Position numbers and translations under genes: made by a program
The notes under the pieces: model-generated
The model's database searches: none
What the model saw: the letters and a program-made list of their open reading frames with translations, nothing else
Told to the model about the DNA's origin: nothing
Assembly (NCBI GenBank): GCA_977020255.1
Contig: CDROCS010001004.1
Span: 1 to 64,000, forward strand
From: Obrimoposthia wandeli
Lineage: Eukaryota
Direction of reading: 5' to 3'
Length of the DNA: 64,000 nt
Shown here: positions 21,927 through 31,765 of the stretch, piece by piece
Layout: each line of letters starts with the position of its first letter
How positions within the stretch are numbered: position 1 is the stretch's first letter

Positions 21927-22092
21927 TGGTTCCGCCCCTTTGACAGCGCACTAAAAGAAGCACAATCGCCGTAAAGTCCTATTCTATCGATTACGCACCC
22001 ATGGAAAGTGCAGGTATAAACCATAGGTACTTACTACCTTGAAAAACTCAGCTACTGTAAAGGCAAAAGACAAGACGCGACCCCGTTGATTC
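21927..22092. repeat. 166-bp direct repeat, copy 1
   Basis: Matches 23083-23247 with only a few substitutions and one indel; ends GGCAAAAGACAAGACGCGACCCCGTTGATTC. Confidence 0.9.
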
Positions 22093-22109
22093 TCACATGT
22101 TTCTATCAA

Positions 22110-22715
22110 TCAGTGTACCGTCGCCATATCACCCCATATAGCTTTAAGGCGTGCATCACGTCCACAGTTCCAGCGATAAGCTTTGTAACGAAGAGGGTTA
22201 TTTTTGTAGTAATTTTGGTGTCCACTCTCATTACCTTTAATGGGATAAAAGATAGAAGCTTCAAGAATAGGCGTGACCACCGTTTGTTCGGGGAACATCG
22301 CAACCACTTTTTGTTTAGATTTTTCTGCTAACGCCTTTTCTTGTGCATTGGCAACAAAAACCGCACTTAAATAGCTACTGCCTTTATCACAAAATTGGCC
22401 TCTGGCATCAAAAGGGTCAACGTTGACCCAATAGTGATCAAGAATATCTTGGTAACTAACTACAGCTGGATCATAAGTAATTTCAACCGCTTCGTAATGC
22501 CCTTGATGATTACCGCGATAAGTAGGGTTTTCTATTTCACCACCAGTAAAACCTGAAATAACTTCACTCACCCCTTTAAGTTTTTCAAAATCAGATTCCA
22601 TGCACCAGAAACAGCCGCCAGCAAGTACTGCTTTGTCGGCAAAGGCATTTTGCATTGCAAAAAAGGAAGTCAGTAATAACATCACGCAAAGTACTTTTTT
22701 TGTTGGGTTTCTCAT
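22110..22715 (-). CDS. msrA: Peptide-methionine (S)-S-oxide reductase with signal peptide
   Basis: GGCFWC, GHYEAVEITYDP and HQNYY motifs. Confidence 0.9.
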   Translation of the reverse strand: MRNPTKKVLCVMLLLTSFFAMQNAFADKAVLAGGCFWCMESDFEKLKGVSEVISGFTGGEIENPTYRGNHQGHYEAVEITYDPAVVSYQDILDHYWVNVDPFDARGQFCDKGSSYLSAVFVANAQEKALAEKSKQKVVAMFPEQTVVTPILEASIFYPIKGNESGHQNYYKNNPLRYKAYRWNCGRDARLKAIWGDMATVH

Positions 22716-23082
22716 TATTTCTCACTCATCTTTATTTATAAATGACTCATTGAATTGATTATTTTAGATTTAATCCAGTTTGATCGAAATGGGTTCTCAA
22801 TCTCAGCTACCTTTATTTATATACTCCCCCTGTGTCAGAATGGATGTCGTTTTTTAACTTAATAACACTAAAGGCGTATTGTGTGAATGGAAGCCGCCAG
22901 TACACTGTCCAATTTTCTTAATACAAATAATCAAGAGATTGCTTGTGCAGTTTCTCTGCAGCGAGTTCATTTCTTTTTACGAAAGGCCGTTTTATTGACA
23001 AGGCTGATTAACGGGTGACCCCATTGATTGGAAAAAGCAAAAGGCATGAAGCGACCCTGTATCTCCTTCGACCCCGTATCTC

Positions 23083-23247
23083 TGGTTCCGCCCCTTTGAC
23101 AACGCACTAAAAGAAGCACAATCGCCGTAAAGCCCTATTCTATCGATTACGCACCCATGGAAAGTGCAGGTATAAACCATAGGCACTTACTACCTTGAAA
23201 AACTCCGCTACTGTAAAGGCAAAAGACAAGGGCGACCCCGTTGATTC
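23083..23247. repeat. 165-bp direct repeat, copy 2
   Basis: See copy 1; overlaps the stop codon of the 2OG oxygenase gene. Confidence 0.9.
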
Positions 23248-24259
23248 ATTTTTTCATCTCAGGATAGTGAGCTGAAACGACGTCTGGATGTGAGCGCATT
23301 CGAATCTTCAACGTGTTCTCGCCAAATACGCTATGAATAGGATCATTCGGATCATCATTCTGACCACTGTTAGTTTTAGCTGCCATTTCGGCGGGTAAAG
23401 GAATCGGTTGAAACGCAGCGTCGAGTCGTGGATTCATGAAATAGGCGATTGATATTCTTTCAGCACCCGCGGCAGGGCTCACAACTTGATGTTTGGTTGC
23501 TTTAAGATAGCCACTGCTGGCAATTTGAAACATCTCGCCCAAATTGACGATAAAGGCGCCGGCAATCGGCTCAATAGTTTGCAACTTCCCCTCGCGCTCA
23601 ACTTGCAACCCAGAGACCTCGTTTTGCATGATAAAGCTGAACAACCCCGAATCGTGATGTAGCCCCAAACCTTGCTGGGCTTTTTGAGGATTGTGCTGAG
23701 CCGGGTAGCGGGATATTTTAATTCTGAAATAGGGGTTTGGTGTCATTAAGTGATCGAAATAGTCATAGGGATGTCCGAGACCTATGGCTAAAGCTCGGAA
23801 CAACTCCATTGAAACTTCATTCATTCTCTGCGCCCAGTTTAAAACGGTCATCGGCATTTCAGGTATCGCTTCAGGCCATTGATTGGGACCGACTAACTTT
23901 AGCCAAGATGGATCCTTCTCACCCAGCACAAGAGCAGGCTCTTCTGGCCCAATGTCAATTTGCTCGCGCCAATCACTCTTGCCCTGAGTCACTTCGTCAC
24001 CGAGAATCGTGTAACCGCGAAACTGAGCTGACTTGCCAATGGCAATCGCGCGCCGATCCTCCTCTGGTAGGGCAAAAAATTGTCGCGCCATTGCAATGAC
24101 GTCGTCGTTTTGTCGGGTATCGATTCCGTGGCCAGTCAAATAGAAGAAGCCTGATTCATGGCAGGTTTTAACCAGCTGATCACAAAATTTGGTAGCGCCC
24201 TCACTATTGGGCGACTGTAGAAAACAACTAAAATCAAGTATTGGCAACATCGTGAACAC
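23246..24259 (-). CDS. Isopenicillin-N-synthase-like 2OG/Fe(II) oxygenase
   Basis: DIOX_N region (GFFYLTGHG), HHDSG (HxD), ATKHQV and ERIS (RxS) motifs. Confidence 0.85.
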   Translation of the reverse strand: MFTMLPILDFSCFLQSPNSEGATKFCDQLVKTCHESGFFYLTGHGIDTRQNDDVIAMARQFFALPEEDRRAIAIGKSAQFRGYTILGDEVTQGKSDWREQIDIGPEEPALVLGEKDPSWLKLVGPNQWPEAIPEMPMTVLNWAQRMNEVSMELFRALAIGLGHPYDYFDHLMTPNPYFRIKISRYPAQHNPQKAQQGLGLHHDSGLFSFIMQNEVSGLQVEREGKLQTIEPIAGAFIVNLGEMFQIASSGYLKATKHQVVSPAAGAERISIAYFMNPRLDAAFQPIPLPAEMAAKTNSGQNDDPNDPIHSVFGENTLKIRMRSHPDVVSAHYPEMKK

Positions 24260-24597
24260 TCATATTATATAGCGAATAAATATGGCATAGAAAACCGAGT
24301 AAATCCAGAAAAATCAGGTTATTACCTCTGCCTTGCCTGCTACTATCAAAATTATCTGACCTTTTTGATTTTCAGCCAGTTTTAGTGTGAGTTTGGCGAT
24401 TGGGAGGCCGGAGGCACTGCCAGAAATTCCGGTTTTGTTGGTTGGATTTAAGGAGGAGATTGTTGGGCTGAAATGGGGGGGGGTGAGGGTATTGAACATG
24501 TGTTGATGGATAAAGGATTGATTTCTCGATTGAATTTAACAAAAAATAGTATAATCAAACCTAAGTAAAGTGTCTAAATCAATTTTCAAGGGGGTTA

Positions 24598-25476
24598 TTG
24601 CAAATGGAGCTAAACGACATAATTTCACATTTCCATGAAAATATGGGTCAACTAGAAATACATCGTCGCATGATCGATAAATATGCAAATGAAGATTTAA
24701 AAGTTGTTAATGAAAAGATTGAATTACAGAGCAAAAACAACGATCCTAAGCGAGCATTGGCACAATTCAATACTATGATTTTTACCAATTCCATAGATGG
24801 ATGTACTAAGGAATATGGACACAAAGCACATACAACAGAAGAAAAGAAAAATTTTATTCTTAAGCATAAAAATAAGCAATATCAATGGATGTTGGCCGCT
24901 GCATATGAAGAATTCATTCACTGCTTAAAAAAACTATATGGCTACGCAGGTTATATAGATAAAGATAGCTGGGAAGCTCGTGAATTTGGAAGTTTAAAAG
25001 TTTCCGAAATTGGTGGGCAAAGCTTAAAGTGGTTTTATAAAAAAGCAGAAAAGAAAAATGCTACTGACATAACAAATCGTTTTGAAAAAATTTTTCCAGA
25101 ACTACAAAACCCAGTAAAGAAAAATAAACTTGATATTAATCTAAGATTTGTTATTTCTTTAATAGAAGAATGCAGGCACCTAATAGTACATAATGACGGG
25201 TATACATTAAACCCTGATGGCTTCAAGGATAAGGTCTATAAAGGTAGCGGGCTAAGTTGCAATAATACATATGAAGAACATTTCAATTTAATTTTGAAAC
25301 CTTCTGATGGTAAAAATATTATTTCATTGCTAGAAATAAAATTTGATAGTACTGAGAACTTAATAAATCACTCCGCTTCTAAGCTATATAAATATTTCAG
25401 CTGTTTAATTTCATTTATCGAATTAATCAAAAGGCAGCTTGATATCAAATACACCACAGCACAGGCAAATCACTAA
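24598..25476 (+). CDS. Hypothetical AT-rich protein with a HEPN-like RxxxxH motif
   Basis: 292 aa, mostly helical; ECRHLIVHNDG (25174-25191). Confidence 0.6.
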   Translation: MQMELNDIISHFHENMGQLEIHRRMIDKYANEDLKVVNEKIELQSKNNDPKRALAQFNTMIFTNSIDGCTKEYGHKAHTTEEKKNFILKHKNKQYQWMLAAAYEEFIHCLKKLYGYAGYIDKDSWEAREFGSLKVSEIGGQSLKWFYKKAEKKNATDITNRFEKIFPELQNPVKKNKLDINLRFVISLIEECRHLIVHNDGYTLNPDGFKDKVYKGSGLSCNNTYEEHFNLILKPSDGKNIISLLEIKFDSTENLINHSASKLYKYFSCLISFIELIKRQLDIKYTTAQANH

Positions 25477-25610
25477 TCCTAGTCGTATATTGCGGTGATA
25501 AGTATTCTCTTTTCATCGCAAACTTTTGCTCTATACCACGCCCTGCCAAGTGCAATGTGCCCCTGCCATATTTATGATTGATCTGATCCATGCACTGCAT
25601 TAATTCAGCG
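25445..25610 (-). pseudogene. umuC: C-terminal remnant of a Y-family polymerase (UmuC, DUF4113-like tail)
   Basis: LMQCMDQINHKYGRGTL...FAMKREYLSPQYTTRISDLP; no catalytic region upstream. Confidence 0.8.
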
Positions 25611-25800
25611 TCGATAAAAAATATTGGGACACCCATACTGTTAATTACATTAAAAACACATATATTCAATTAGTTACTGGATAACACTCTCTGTATGTGA
25701 ATTTTTACTGAACACAAATCACTCAACTGATCTTGATCAGTTTTTTCATATTACAGTTTTAAATTTGACGTGAATTTATGTAGCGATATATCTAGATGAC

Positions 25801-25830
25801 AAGCAAAGAGAATGGCCGATAGAGGCCATC
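25801..25830 (+). repeat. 30-bp palindromic site
   Basis: AAGCAAAGAGA-ATGGCCGA-TAGAGGCCATC. Confidence 0.5.
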
Positions 25831-25963
25831 ATTAACATGTAGTAATTGTGTAACATGACAGCATTTGAGTATGCAATTTTATTACTCGACCACACTTTCC
25901 AAAGATATTATTGAAGCGACTTATTACGTTATTTAAGCCCTATTATTTTCTAACCTGTATTTT

Positions 25964-26632
25964 CTAACCTGTATTCTCTAGCCAATAATTCGCTTGTGTA
26001 TAAATCCTGTTTTCAGCATCAGACGCAGGTAACGAAGCTTTAAAAGCAGCTCTACTGGCTAAGCGCTGATAATAATCACTCACTTTAGGGTACACACTAA
26101 TATCGGTAAACAACCTAGCAACATGCAAACTATAACCCACTGCAACATCCGCAGCAGAAAAACCACTCGCCAGTAAATACTGTTGCTCTTGTAAGCTATT
26201 TTCAATCACTTCTACCGCTTTTTGCAAACGTCGCGTTTCTAGCTTTTGCACAGTTGCAGAGCGCAAAGCAGGATCAGCAATTGCGATGGCCTGTTGCGTC
26301 AAACTTGCCGCATGCACAGTCATTGTTTCTGCATAGTGCATCCACTGTAACCAGTGCGCGCGCTCTGAATGCCCAAGCGGGCGCCACAGCTGGCTACTGC
26401 TGCCATACACTTCACATAAGTACTCATTAATAGCACCACTTTCAAACAACGTTAAATCACCATCAACTAGGCAAGGCACTCGCCCAAGTGGATGCTGAGC
26501 AAGATAATCATCACTGCGCATTGCCCGCCCAAATGCGAGCGTAACCACTTCTACCTCAAGTTCAAGCTCGTTGATCAACCATAAAGAGCGCATTGAACGT
26601 GCTTCATGACAATGAAAAAGTTTTAGTGCCAT
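25964..26632 (-). CDS. Glutathione S-transferase
   Basis: RSMRSLW, HPLGRVP, ESGAI and FSAAD motifs. Confidence 0.9.
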   Translation of the reverse strand: MALKLFHCHEARSMRSLWLINELELEVEVVTLAFGRAMRSDDYLAQHPLGRVPCLVDGDLTLFESGAINEYLCEVYGSSSQLWRPLGHSERAHWLQWMHYAETMTVHAASLTQQAIAIADPALRSATVQKLETRRLQKAVEVIENSLQEQQYLLASGFSAADVAVGYSLHVARLFTDISVYPKVSDYYQRLASRAAFKASLPASDAENRIYTQANYWLENTG

Positions 26633-26756
26633 TTTATTATTGCCTATTTTTATAATGGTTAGCTATTGATTATAATACAGTTTACATCGATTGACACACT
26701 AAGTGTAAACGAGATATATAGTTTCATACTGAATAATTGCCGACGATGCTCATATA

Positions 26757-26786
26757 GGAGTCTGAAAGTGGCCGAATTCTGCCGTA
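26757..26786 (+). repeat. 30-bp palindromic site
   Basis: GGAGTCTGAAA-GTGGCCGA-ATTCTGCCGTA, followed by GGTT as at 29713 and 31579. Confidence 0.55.
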
Positions 26787-27070
26787 GGTTCAAATATTCA
26801 AAAAAGACGGGACTGATACATTCCAGACACTTTAGATAAAGAATGTCATATTCTGCTAGGGTTCAGCGTAGCAATAATAAATGCCAACACATAAATATTT
26901 CATTTTAGCTAAACGCCATCCAACAAATGTAGGTTTTTTCTAAAACTAGCATGATTATTAAAGCCACCACTGATGGCAGCCTAACTTCTACTTTGAGCAT
27001 CCGTTAAAAAAGGAAGGATGACAAGAGCACAGCTTAGAGCTGTCATACTTATCACCTTATATGCATTCAG

Positions 27071-27403
27071 TCAGCACAAGCCCTCGAAATTCTCAAAGCC
27101 ATCTGTCGTCTCAGTCAATTCAGCCTCGCAGAGAACGAGCATAGGTCTTACTAAAGGTTCGATATCCTTATCCCAAACTGGCCCTCCGTAAAAACCTTCT
27201 TTGATACTGTCGCGATCTTTAAGGGATGGAAACGCTCGCATCCAATGAACCTTATCCGGATTTTCCAAATCTCTCATGGGGCCAAACACTAGCATCCCTG
27301 CGTCCCGCAATGCTTTGCGATTCTTCTGCTCGAAGAACTCGATGAACTCCTCACGCAGACCAGGCTTAGTTGTGTAATGGCGGATTTCTATAATCATATA
27401 CAT
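27071..27403 (-). CDS. NIPSNAP-family protein
   Basis: EIRHY..KPG..EEF...F, W.RAF and FY.GP.W patterns. Confidence 0.75.
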   Translation of the reverse strand: MYMIIEIRHYTTKPGLREEFIEFFEQKNRKALRDAGMLVFGPMRDLENPDKVHWMRAFPSLKDRDSIKEGFYGGPVWDKDIEPLVRPMLVLCEAELTETTDGFENFEGLC

Positions 27404-27609
27404 TCTACCTTAAATATTTTTGACTCAGGACCTACGCAAGATTAAGCTTCTTAACAACCTATAAATGCTTAATATTTCGCATACGCATTTGTAAAAAAGC
27501 GAGTTTCTCATCAACTTTTTTGCTTTTCAATAATACCGATACTGCAGCAGTTTCTATGCTATTGCTAGGAAATCAAACAATTATTAGCTTAAGTCATAAG
27601 TAGAAGTAA

Positions 27610-27639
27610 TATGTCCGAAAATGGACGATTTCAGCCATC
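27610..27639 (+). repeat. 30-bp palindromic site
   Basis: TATGTCCGAAA-ATGGACGA-TTTCAGCCATC. Confidence 0.65.
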
Positions 27640-27672
27640 CGTTAAAATATTCCAAAGAGACTGGAGTTGGCA

Positions 27673-27823
27673 CTGGCTGTGTGAAAACTCGTCAAAACAC
27701 GCAAATTACGCCTTCAATATGCGTCTATAAAATTACCGTATAAATAAAATCAATAACTTAGAGCATGTCGATTTTCTTAGAAACAGCAAGTTAACTGCTT
27801 AATCTGAGTTTTCACACAGTTCG
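27673..27823. mobile_element. 151-bp MITE with IS1182-type ends, inserted in a 30-bp site
   Basis: Ends CTGGCTGTGTGAAAACT / AGTTTTCACACAGTTCG, followed by GACACAAAGCTGCC, the same register as the IS at 2204. Confidence 0.8.
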
Positions 27824-27898
27824 GACACAAAGCTGCCTTTTTAGTGTTCCTGATAAAAGGCGCTTTCAGAACCAAATGTGCGTCTAGCATATTAGGGC

Positions 27899-28861
27899 TT
27901 ATCTCTTTGTTCTGTTGTTTTTACTTCTAAAAAGATTCCGCCAAGCTTTAGGTGTTGTATCAAATCGCTGTTTAAAGTGTTTGCGAAAAATTTGTTCCGA
28001 ACTAAAGCCTGCTTGTTCTGATATTTCGGTAATCGACAAAGCTGTTGACTCAAGTAACTCTTGGCTACGATTTAGTCGTATATTATTTAACCATAGGTTG
28101 AAGCTAGTTCCTTGATTAGCTTTAAAACTACGGCTAAAGCTACGAATACTCATCGCGCAATATGAAGCCACCCATTCTACAGGGTAATCATCTGTTAAAT
28201 TAGCCACAATGTATTCTATTAAGTTTGCCAAGCGTTCATCACTCGCTCGTTCAATAGTTGGTTGCTCTATGTATTGATTTTGACCGCCATTCCTTTCTGG
28301 TGATGAGACCATAATCCTCGCTATTTGGTTCGCTTTCTTTATGCCGTAAAAATGTTTAACTATATACAAACAACAATCTATTGCCGCAGCACTTCCAGCT
28401 GAGGTAATAATATTTTCTTGCACTATAAACAGTGGGTTACTTTCAAAATGAACTAGAGGAAATTTTAATGGAAAATCCTCACTCATCTTCCAATGCGTTG
28501 TTGCACGTAGTCTATCTAATAAGCCTGAATAACCTAACGCGTAAGCTCCCAAGCATAAACCAGCTATTATTTTTTTATTTTTGGATGAATTTTGTACAAG
28601 TTTAATGAGTTGCGCACTAGGGGCTCTCTCAGGTTCCCAACTGGGGAAAATAACAATATCAGCATGTTTAATAATAGAAAGATCTTCTTCTACAATGAAA
28701 CTAAGCCCATTAGCGAAAGACAGTTTACCTGTTTGTTCCGCACAGATTTTTACATCGAATAGTTTCTCATTGTCCAAGACTGCGTCATTGAAAATAGCCG
28801 TAGGGACGGAGAGATGGAACATACTTATTCCGTTATATACAACAATAACAATGTTCATCAT
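27899..28861 (-). CDS. GlxA-family regulator (DJ-1/PfpI plus AraC HTH)
   Basis: GLCLGAY, ATTHW, TSAGSAAAID motifs and AraC C-terminus. Confidence 0.9.
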   Translation of the reverse strand: MMNIVIVVYNGISMFHLSVPTAIFNDAVLDNEKLFDVKICAEQTGKLSFANGLSFIVEEDLSIIKHADIVIFPSWEPERAPSAQLIKLVQNSSKNKKIIAGLCLGAYALGYSGLLDRLRATTHWKMSEDFPLKFPLVHFESNPLFIVQENIITSAGSAAAIDCCLYIVKHFYGIKKANQIARIMVSSPERNGGQNQYIEQPTIERASDERLANLIEYIVANLTDDYPVEWVASYCAMSIRSFSRSFKANQGTSFNLWLNNIRLNRSQELLESTALSITEISEQAGFSSEQIFRKHFKQRFDTTPKAWRNLFRSKNNRTKR

Positions 28862-28960
28862 CTACTTTGGCCTAATAGTAATGTTTTATGTGATTTTAGC
28901 TATTATCCCTCTAAATGAAAGCCTTTAAACTTATTCCATTGAACATATAGAGATATAAAA

Positions 28961-29521
28961 ATGAACGTTGTAATGAGCTATCCACTTGTCGATGAGATTT
29001 TAGAAACCTACAAGCACCTGATTAAAAATGACTATGAGGGCTATCGGAACCATGTAACCCGAATGTTAAATTTTTGTCACTATTTATTGCCAGATATCAC
29101 AATAGAAGAGAGTAAAAAAATACAAATTGCTGCTGTATTTCATGATATTGCATTGTGGACGCATGACAGAGTAGACTATTTAGTACCATCATACCAAGAC
29201 TGCCATCAATACCTTGAATGCGAAAATCTAGAGATTTGGAAAGAAGAGATTCAAATCATTATCGATATGCATCATTTACTCTTTACTTATAAAGGGCCAT
29301 ATGAAAAGTTGGCAGAAGCATTTAGAAAAGCTGATCAAATTGATTTTTCTATGGGCTTAATTAAAAATCGTATTGACAAGATTTTTATCAAAGAGGTGCG
29401 TAATGCGATTCCAAATGGGGGATTTCATAAGACATTAATGCGATTTACTATGGTTCAACTTGGCCGTAACCCGCTCAAACCATTTCCTATGATGCGCTTA
29501 AAGAACATCTATAAAAAATAA
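28961..29521 (+). CDS. HD-domain protein
   Basis: YRNHV.R, AAVFHDI and FRKADQID motifs. Confidence 0.65.
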   Translation: MNVVMSYPLVDEILETYKHLIKNDYEGYRNHVTRMLNFCHYLLPDITIEESKKIQIAAVFHDIALWTHDRVDYLVPSYQDCHQYLECENLEIWKEEIQIIIDMHHLLFTYKGPYEKLAEAFRKADQIDFSMGLIKNRIDKIFIKEVRNAIPNGGFHKTLMRFTMVQLGRNPLKPFPMMRLKNIYKK

Positions 29522-29712
29522 TTTATCTAATTAACAAAGTAGCATTTTAACTGAATGTAAATGTCCATTGATATAGAAATGTTTTCTTGGTGCTAAAGTC
29601 TAAAGCAAGAGACAAGTATAAAAATAAAATGCTCTTTTTCTTTTATCCAATAACTCAACTCTCCATTCAACATTATACAATTAAGCTTAAACAGCAAATG
29701 AAAACATAACAA

Positions 29713-29742
29713 AACTTCCGCCTTTAGCCGATTTCAGCCATA
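29713..29742 (+). repeat. 30-bp palindromic site
   Basis: AACTTCCGCCT-TTAGCCGA-TTTCAGCCATA. Confidence 0.65.
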
Positions 29743-29860
29743 GGTTATATAGCTGGGTTGGGCACATTGCGAACGCTAATAACACTTCCTTGAATACACT
29801 GGTTATTTGCTAGCGGGGCTCAAATAGATGCCCTATTCCAGTGAATTTCTAGGTTTGACT

Positions 29861-30226
29861 CTATTCAGCTTTTTCATCACTGAACACTGGTAATAATTCT
29901 TTTTCTCCCCAGTTTTTCAGTGCCATTATGATAGGTTTTAAAGTTTGCCCTTTTTCAGTCAAAGAATACTCTACTTTAGGTGGTACTTGAGGATACACCT
30001 CCCGATTAACCAAACCATCTTTCTCAAGCTCCCTAAGTTGGCGAGTTAACATCCTTTGGGTTACCTTGGGAAGTAGCTTATTTAACTCATTAAACCTCTT
30101 CAAATCACTGCATAAGTGGTAAAGGATTACGCCTTTCCATTTTCCACCAATAACTTCAAGCGAAGCCTCTACCCCACAATCAGTCGTGAGGTTTCTTTGC
30201 TGAATTTTGTCTCTCATAGTATACAA
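29861..30226 (-). CDS. HxlR-family winged-helix regulator
   Basis: IGGKWK, RFNEL, QRMLT..LRELE and PPKVEYSLT motifs. Confidence 0.92.
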   Translation of the reverse strand: MYTMRDKIQQRNLTTDCGVEASLEVIGGKWKGVILYHLCSDLKRFNELNKLLPKVTQRMLTRQLRELEKDGLVNREVYPQVPPKVEYSLTEKGQTLKPIIMALKNWGEKELLPVFSDEKAE

Positions 30227-30399
30227 AGTGTGGGTACCTTACATAAATGTGCATTCTAACATTTAGTATACTTGCTTGATATCATATTGCTATTGATTCA
30301 GCTGAGAGATATGAACAAAATTTAGCTAATTAAACTACCTTTACAAAAAATTCTGAATTCTGGGCTATATTGACACCAGATCTATAGAGGATACTTTAA

Positions 30400-31416
30400 A
30401 TGAAAGCTATCGCCGTATATGAAGCACTGCCTACAAGCAACTCTAACTGCTTTGAACAAATAAAGTTAGAAACTCCTGTCCCAGCCGGACGTGATATTCT
30501 TGTTAGAATTGATGCTATATCAATCAACCCAGTAGATTCAAAAGAAAGACTAGGCTTATCTGGTCGCGTAGAAGATCCTCTTGTTCTAGGTTGGGACACA
30601 TGCGGAGAAGTCATTGCTATTGGGGAAAACGTCAAAAGTTTCAAACTGGGCGACATGGTAATATCAGCAGGTGATATCTCACGACAGGGCAGTTACGCTG
30701 AATATCAATTAATTGATGAAAGGATAGTTGGTCATAAACCTAAGGATCTATCTAATGAAGAAGCAGCTACCCTTCCTTTAACTACATTGGTTGCTTGGGA
30801 GTCTTTGTTTGACCGTTTGGAGATAGCAAAGAATGATGCAGATAGTCCTGCCGTTCTTATAATCGGCGCTGCTGGCGGACTGGGGTCCATGGCTATTCAA
30901 TTTGCGCGTCAGTTTTCAAATTGTACTATTATTGCAACTGCTTCCCGACCAGAATCTCAGGAATGGTGTGTCACTTTGGGGGCTCATCACGTAATTGATC
31001 ATTCTGGTGATTTGATAGGACAATTAAAAAGTATTGGATTTGACAATGTGCCTTATATTTTGAATTGCAGTAATAATGTTCCATATTGGGAGATAATGAG
31101 TAAACTAGTTTCTCCGGAAGGAGCTATTTGTCTTGTCGCTAGCTCAAAAGAAAAGTTAGATTTGGACATTTATATGGAAAAAAGTGTTCGGATTAATTAC
31201 GAACTGATGTTCACTAGATCGTTATTTCGCACTGAAAAGATGCATCTTCAAGGGCAGTTATTAAACAAACTAGATTCAATGATCTCGACTGGAGTTATCA
31301 AGCATGTGATGACAGAAAGTTTTGGCCCCATGACCACTGAATCCTTGAGAAAAGCTCATGCTCATATTGAAAAAGGCCGTATGCTTGGCAAATTATCTCT
31401 CTCTGGCATGACGTAG
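30400..31416 (+). CDS. MDR-family NADPH:quinone reductase-like (zinc-binding ADH family)
   Basis: SINPVD, LGWD, AATLPLT..AWE and IIGAAGGLGS motifs. Confidence 0.88.
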   Translation: MKAIAVYEALPTSNSNCFEQIKLETPVPAGRDILVRIDAISINPVDSKERLGLSGRVEDPLVLGWDTCGEVIAIGENVKSFKLGDMVISAGDISRQGSYAEYQLIDERIVGHKPKDLSNEEAATLPLTTLVAWESLFDRLEIAKNDADSPAVLIIGAAGGLGSMAIQFARQFSNCTIIATASRPESQEWCVTLGAHHVIDHSGDLIGQLKSIGFDNVPYILNCSNNVPYWEIMSKLVSPEGAICLVASSKEKLDLDIYMEKSVRINYELMFTRSLFRTEKMHLQGQLLNKLDSMISTGVIKHVMTESFGPMTTESLRKAHAHIEKGRMLGKLSLSGMT

Positions 31417-31578
31417 TAATTAAGATTTACAAAGCTTAATGTGTACAAACGAAATTCGAGGATTTTTTTAACAGAACTATAATTTGAATTAGCTCTCAAA
31501 TTGGAGTCAGCCGGAGCTTCTGCATTTGATTCAAAATATACTTTTTTGAAAATATCTCAGAATATTTATTTAGTCGAT

Positions 31579-31608
31579 AACTTCCTCTATTGGCTGATCA
31601 GTGCCATA
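31579..31608 (+). repeat. 30-bp palindromic site
   Basis: AACTTCCTCTA-TTGGCTGA-TCAGTGCCATA. Confidence 0.6.
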
Positions 31609-31615
31609 GGTTTAA

Positions 31616-31677
31616 AACTTACAAAGAGGCTAAAATGGAGCGAAGCGAACAGACCACTTTTTTAGACCTTGTTAATT
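31616..31677 (-). repeat. Degenerate attC-like site
   Basis: On - strand: TTAACAAGGTCTAAAAAAGTGG...TTCGCTTCGCTCCATTTTAGCC...GTAAG (R' appears mutated). Confidence 0.45.
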
Positions 31678-31687
31678 TACTTGATAT

Positions 31688-31765
31688 CATTGCTGTCCGG
31701 TTAAAAAGTGTAAGCTCTTTACTCAATGAGTTAAAGAACAACAAAAATTAAACCGGACACTAATG
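31688..31765. mobile_element. 78-bp internally deleted MITE (copy 2 of the 8870 element)
   Basis: Same TIRs as copy 1; its own 9-bp TSD ACTTGATAT (31679-31687 / 31766-31774). Confidence 0.85.

Noticed and set aside
22005-22030. GGTTTATAC on the - strand of the 165-bp repeat, recalling an ISCR/IS91 oriIS
   Set aside because: Only 9 bp match my recollection, the adjacent TTCCTAT-like core is missing, and no IS91-type transposase is present; a similar 13-mer also occurs in the 52941 terminator
22992-23186. 64-aa ORF on the - strand
   Set aside because: Lies largely within the 165-bp repeat and GACCCC motifs; no recognisable protein family
24314-24499. 61-aa ORF and G-run region upstream of the HEPN-like gene
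   Set aside because: No recognisable homology or RBS; a short intergenic G run is not enough to claim phase variation
25944-25971. 14-bp tandem duplication at the GST stop codon
   Set aside because: Simple slippage; the reading frame is unaffected
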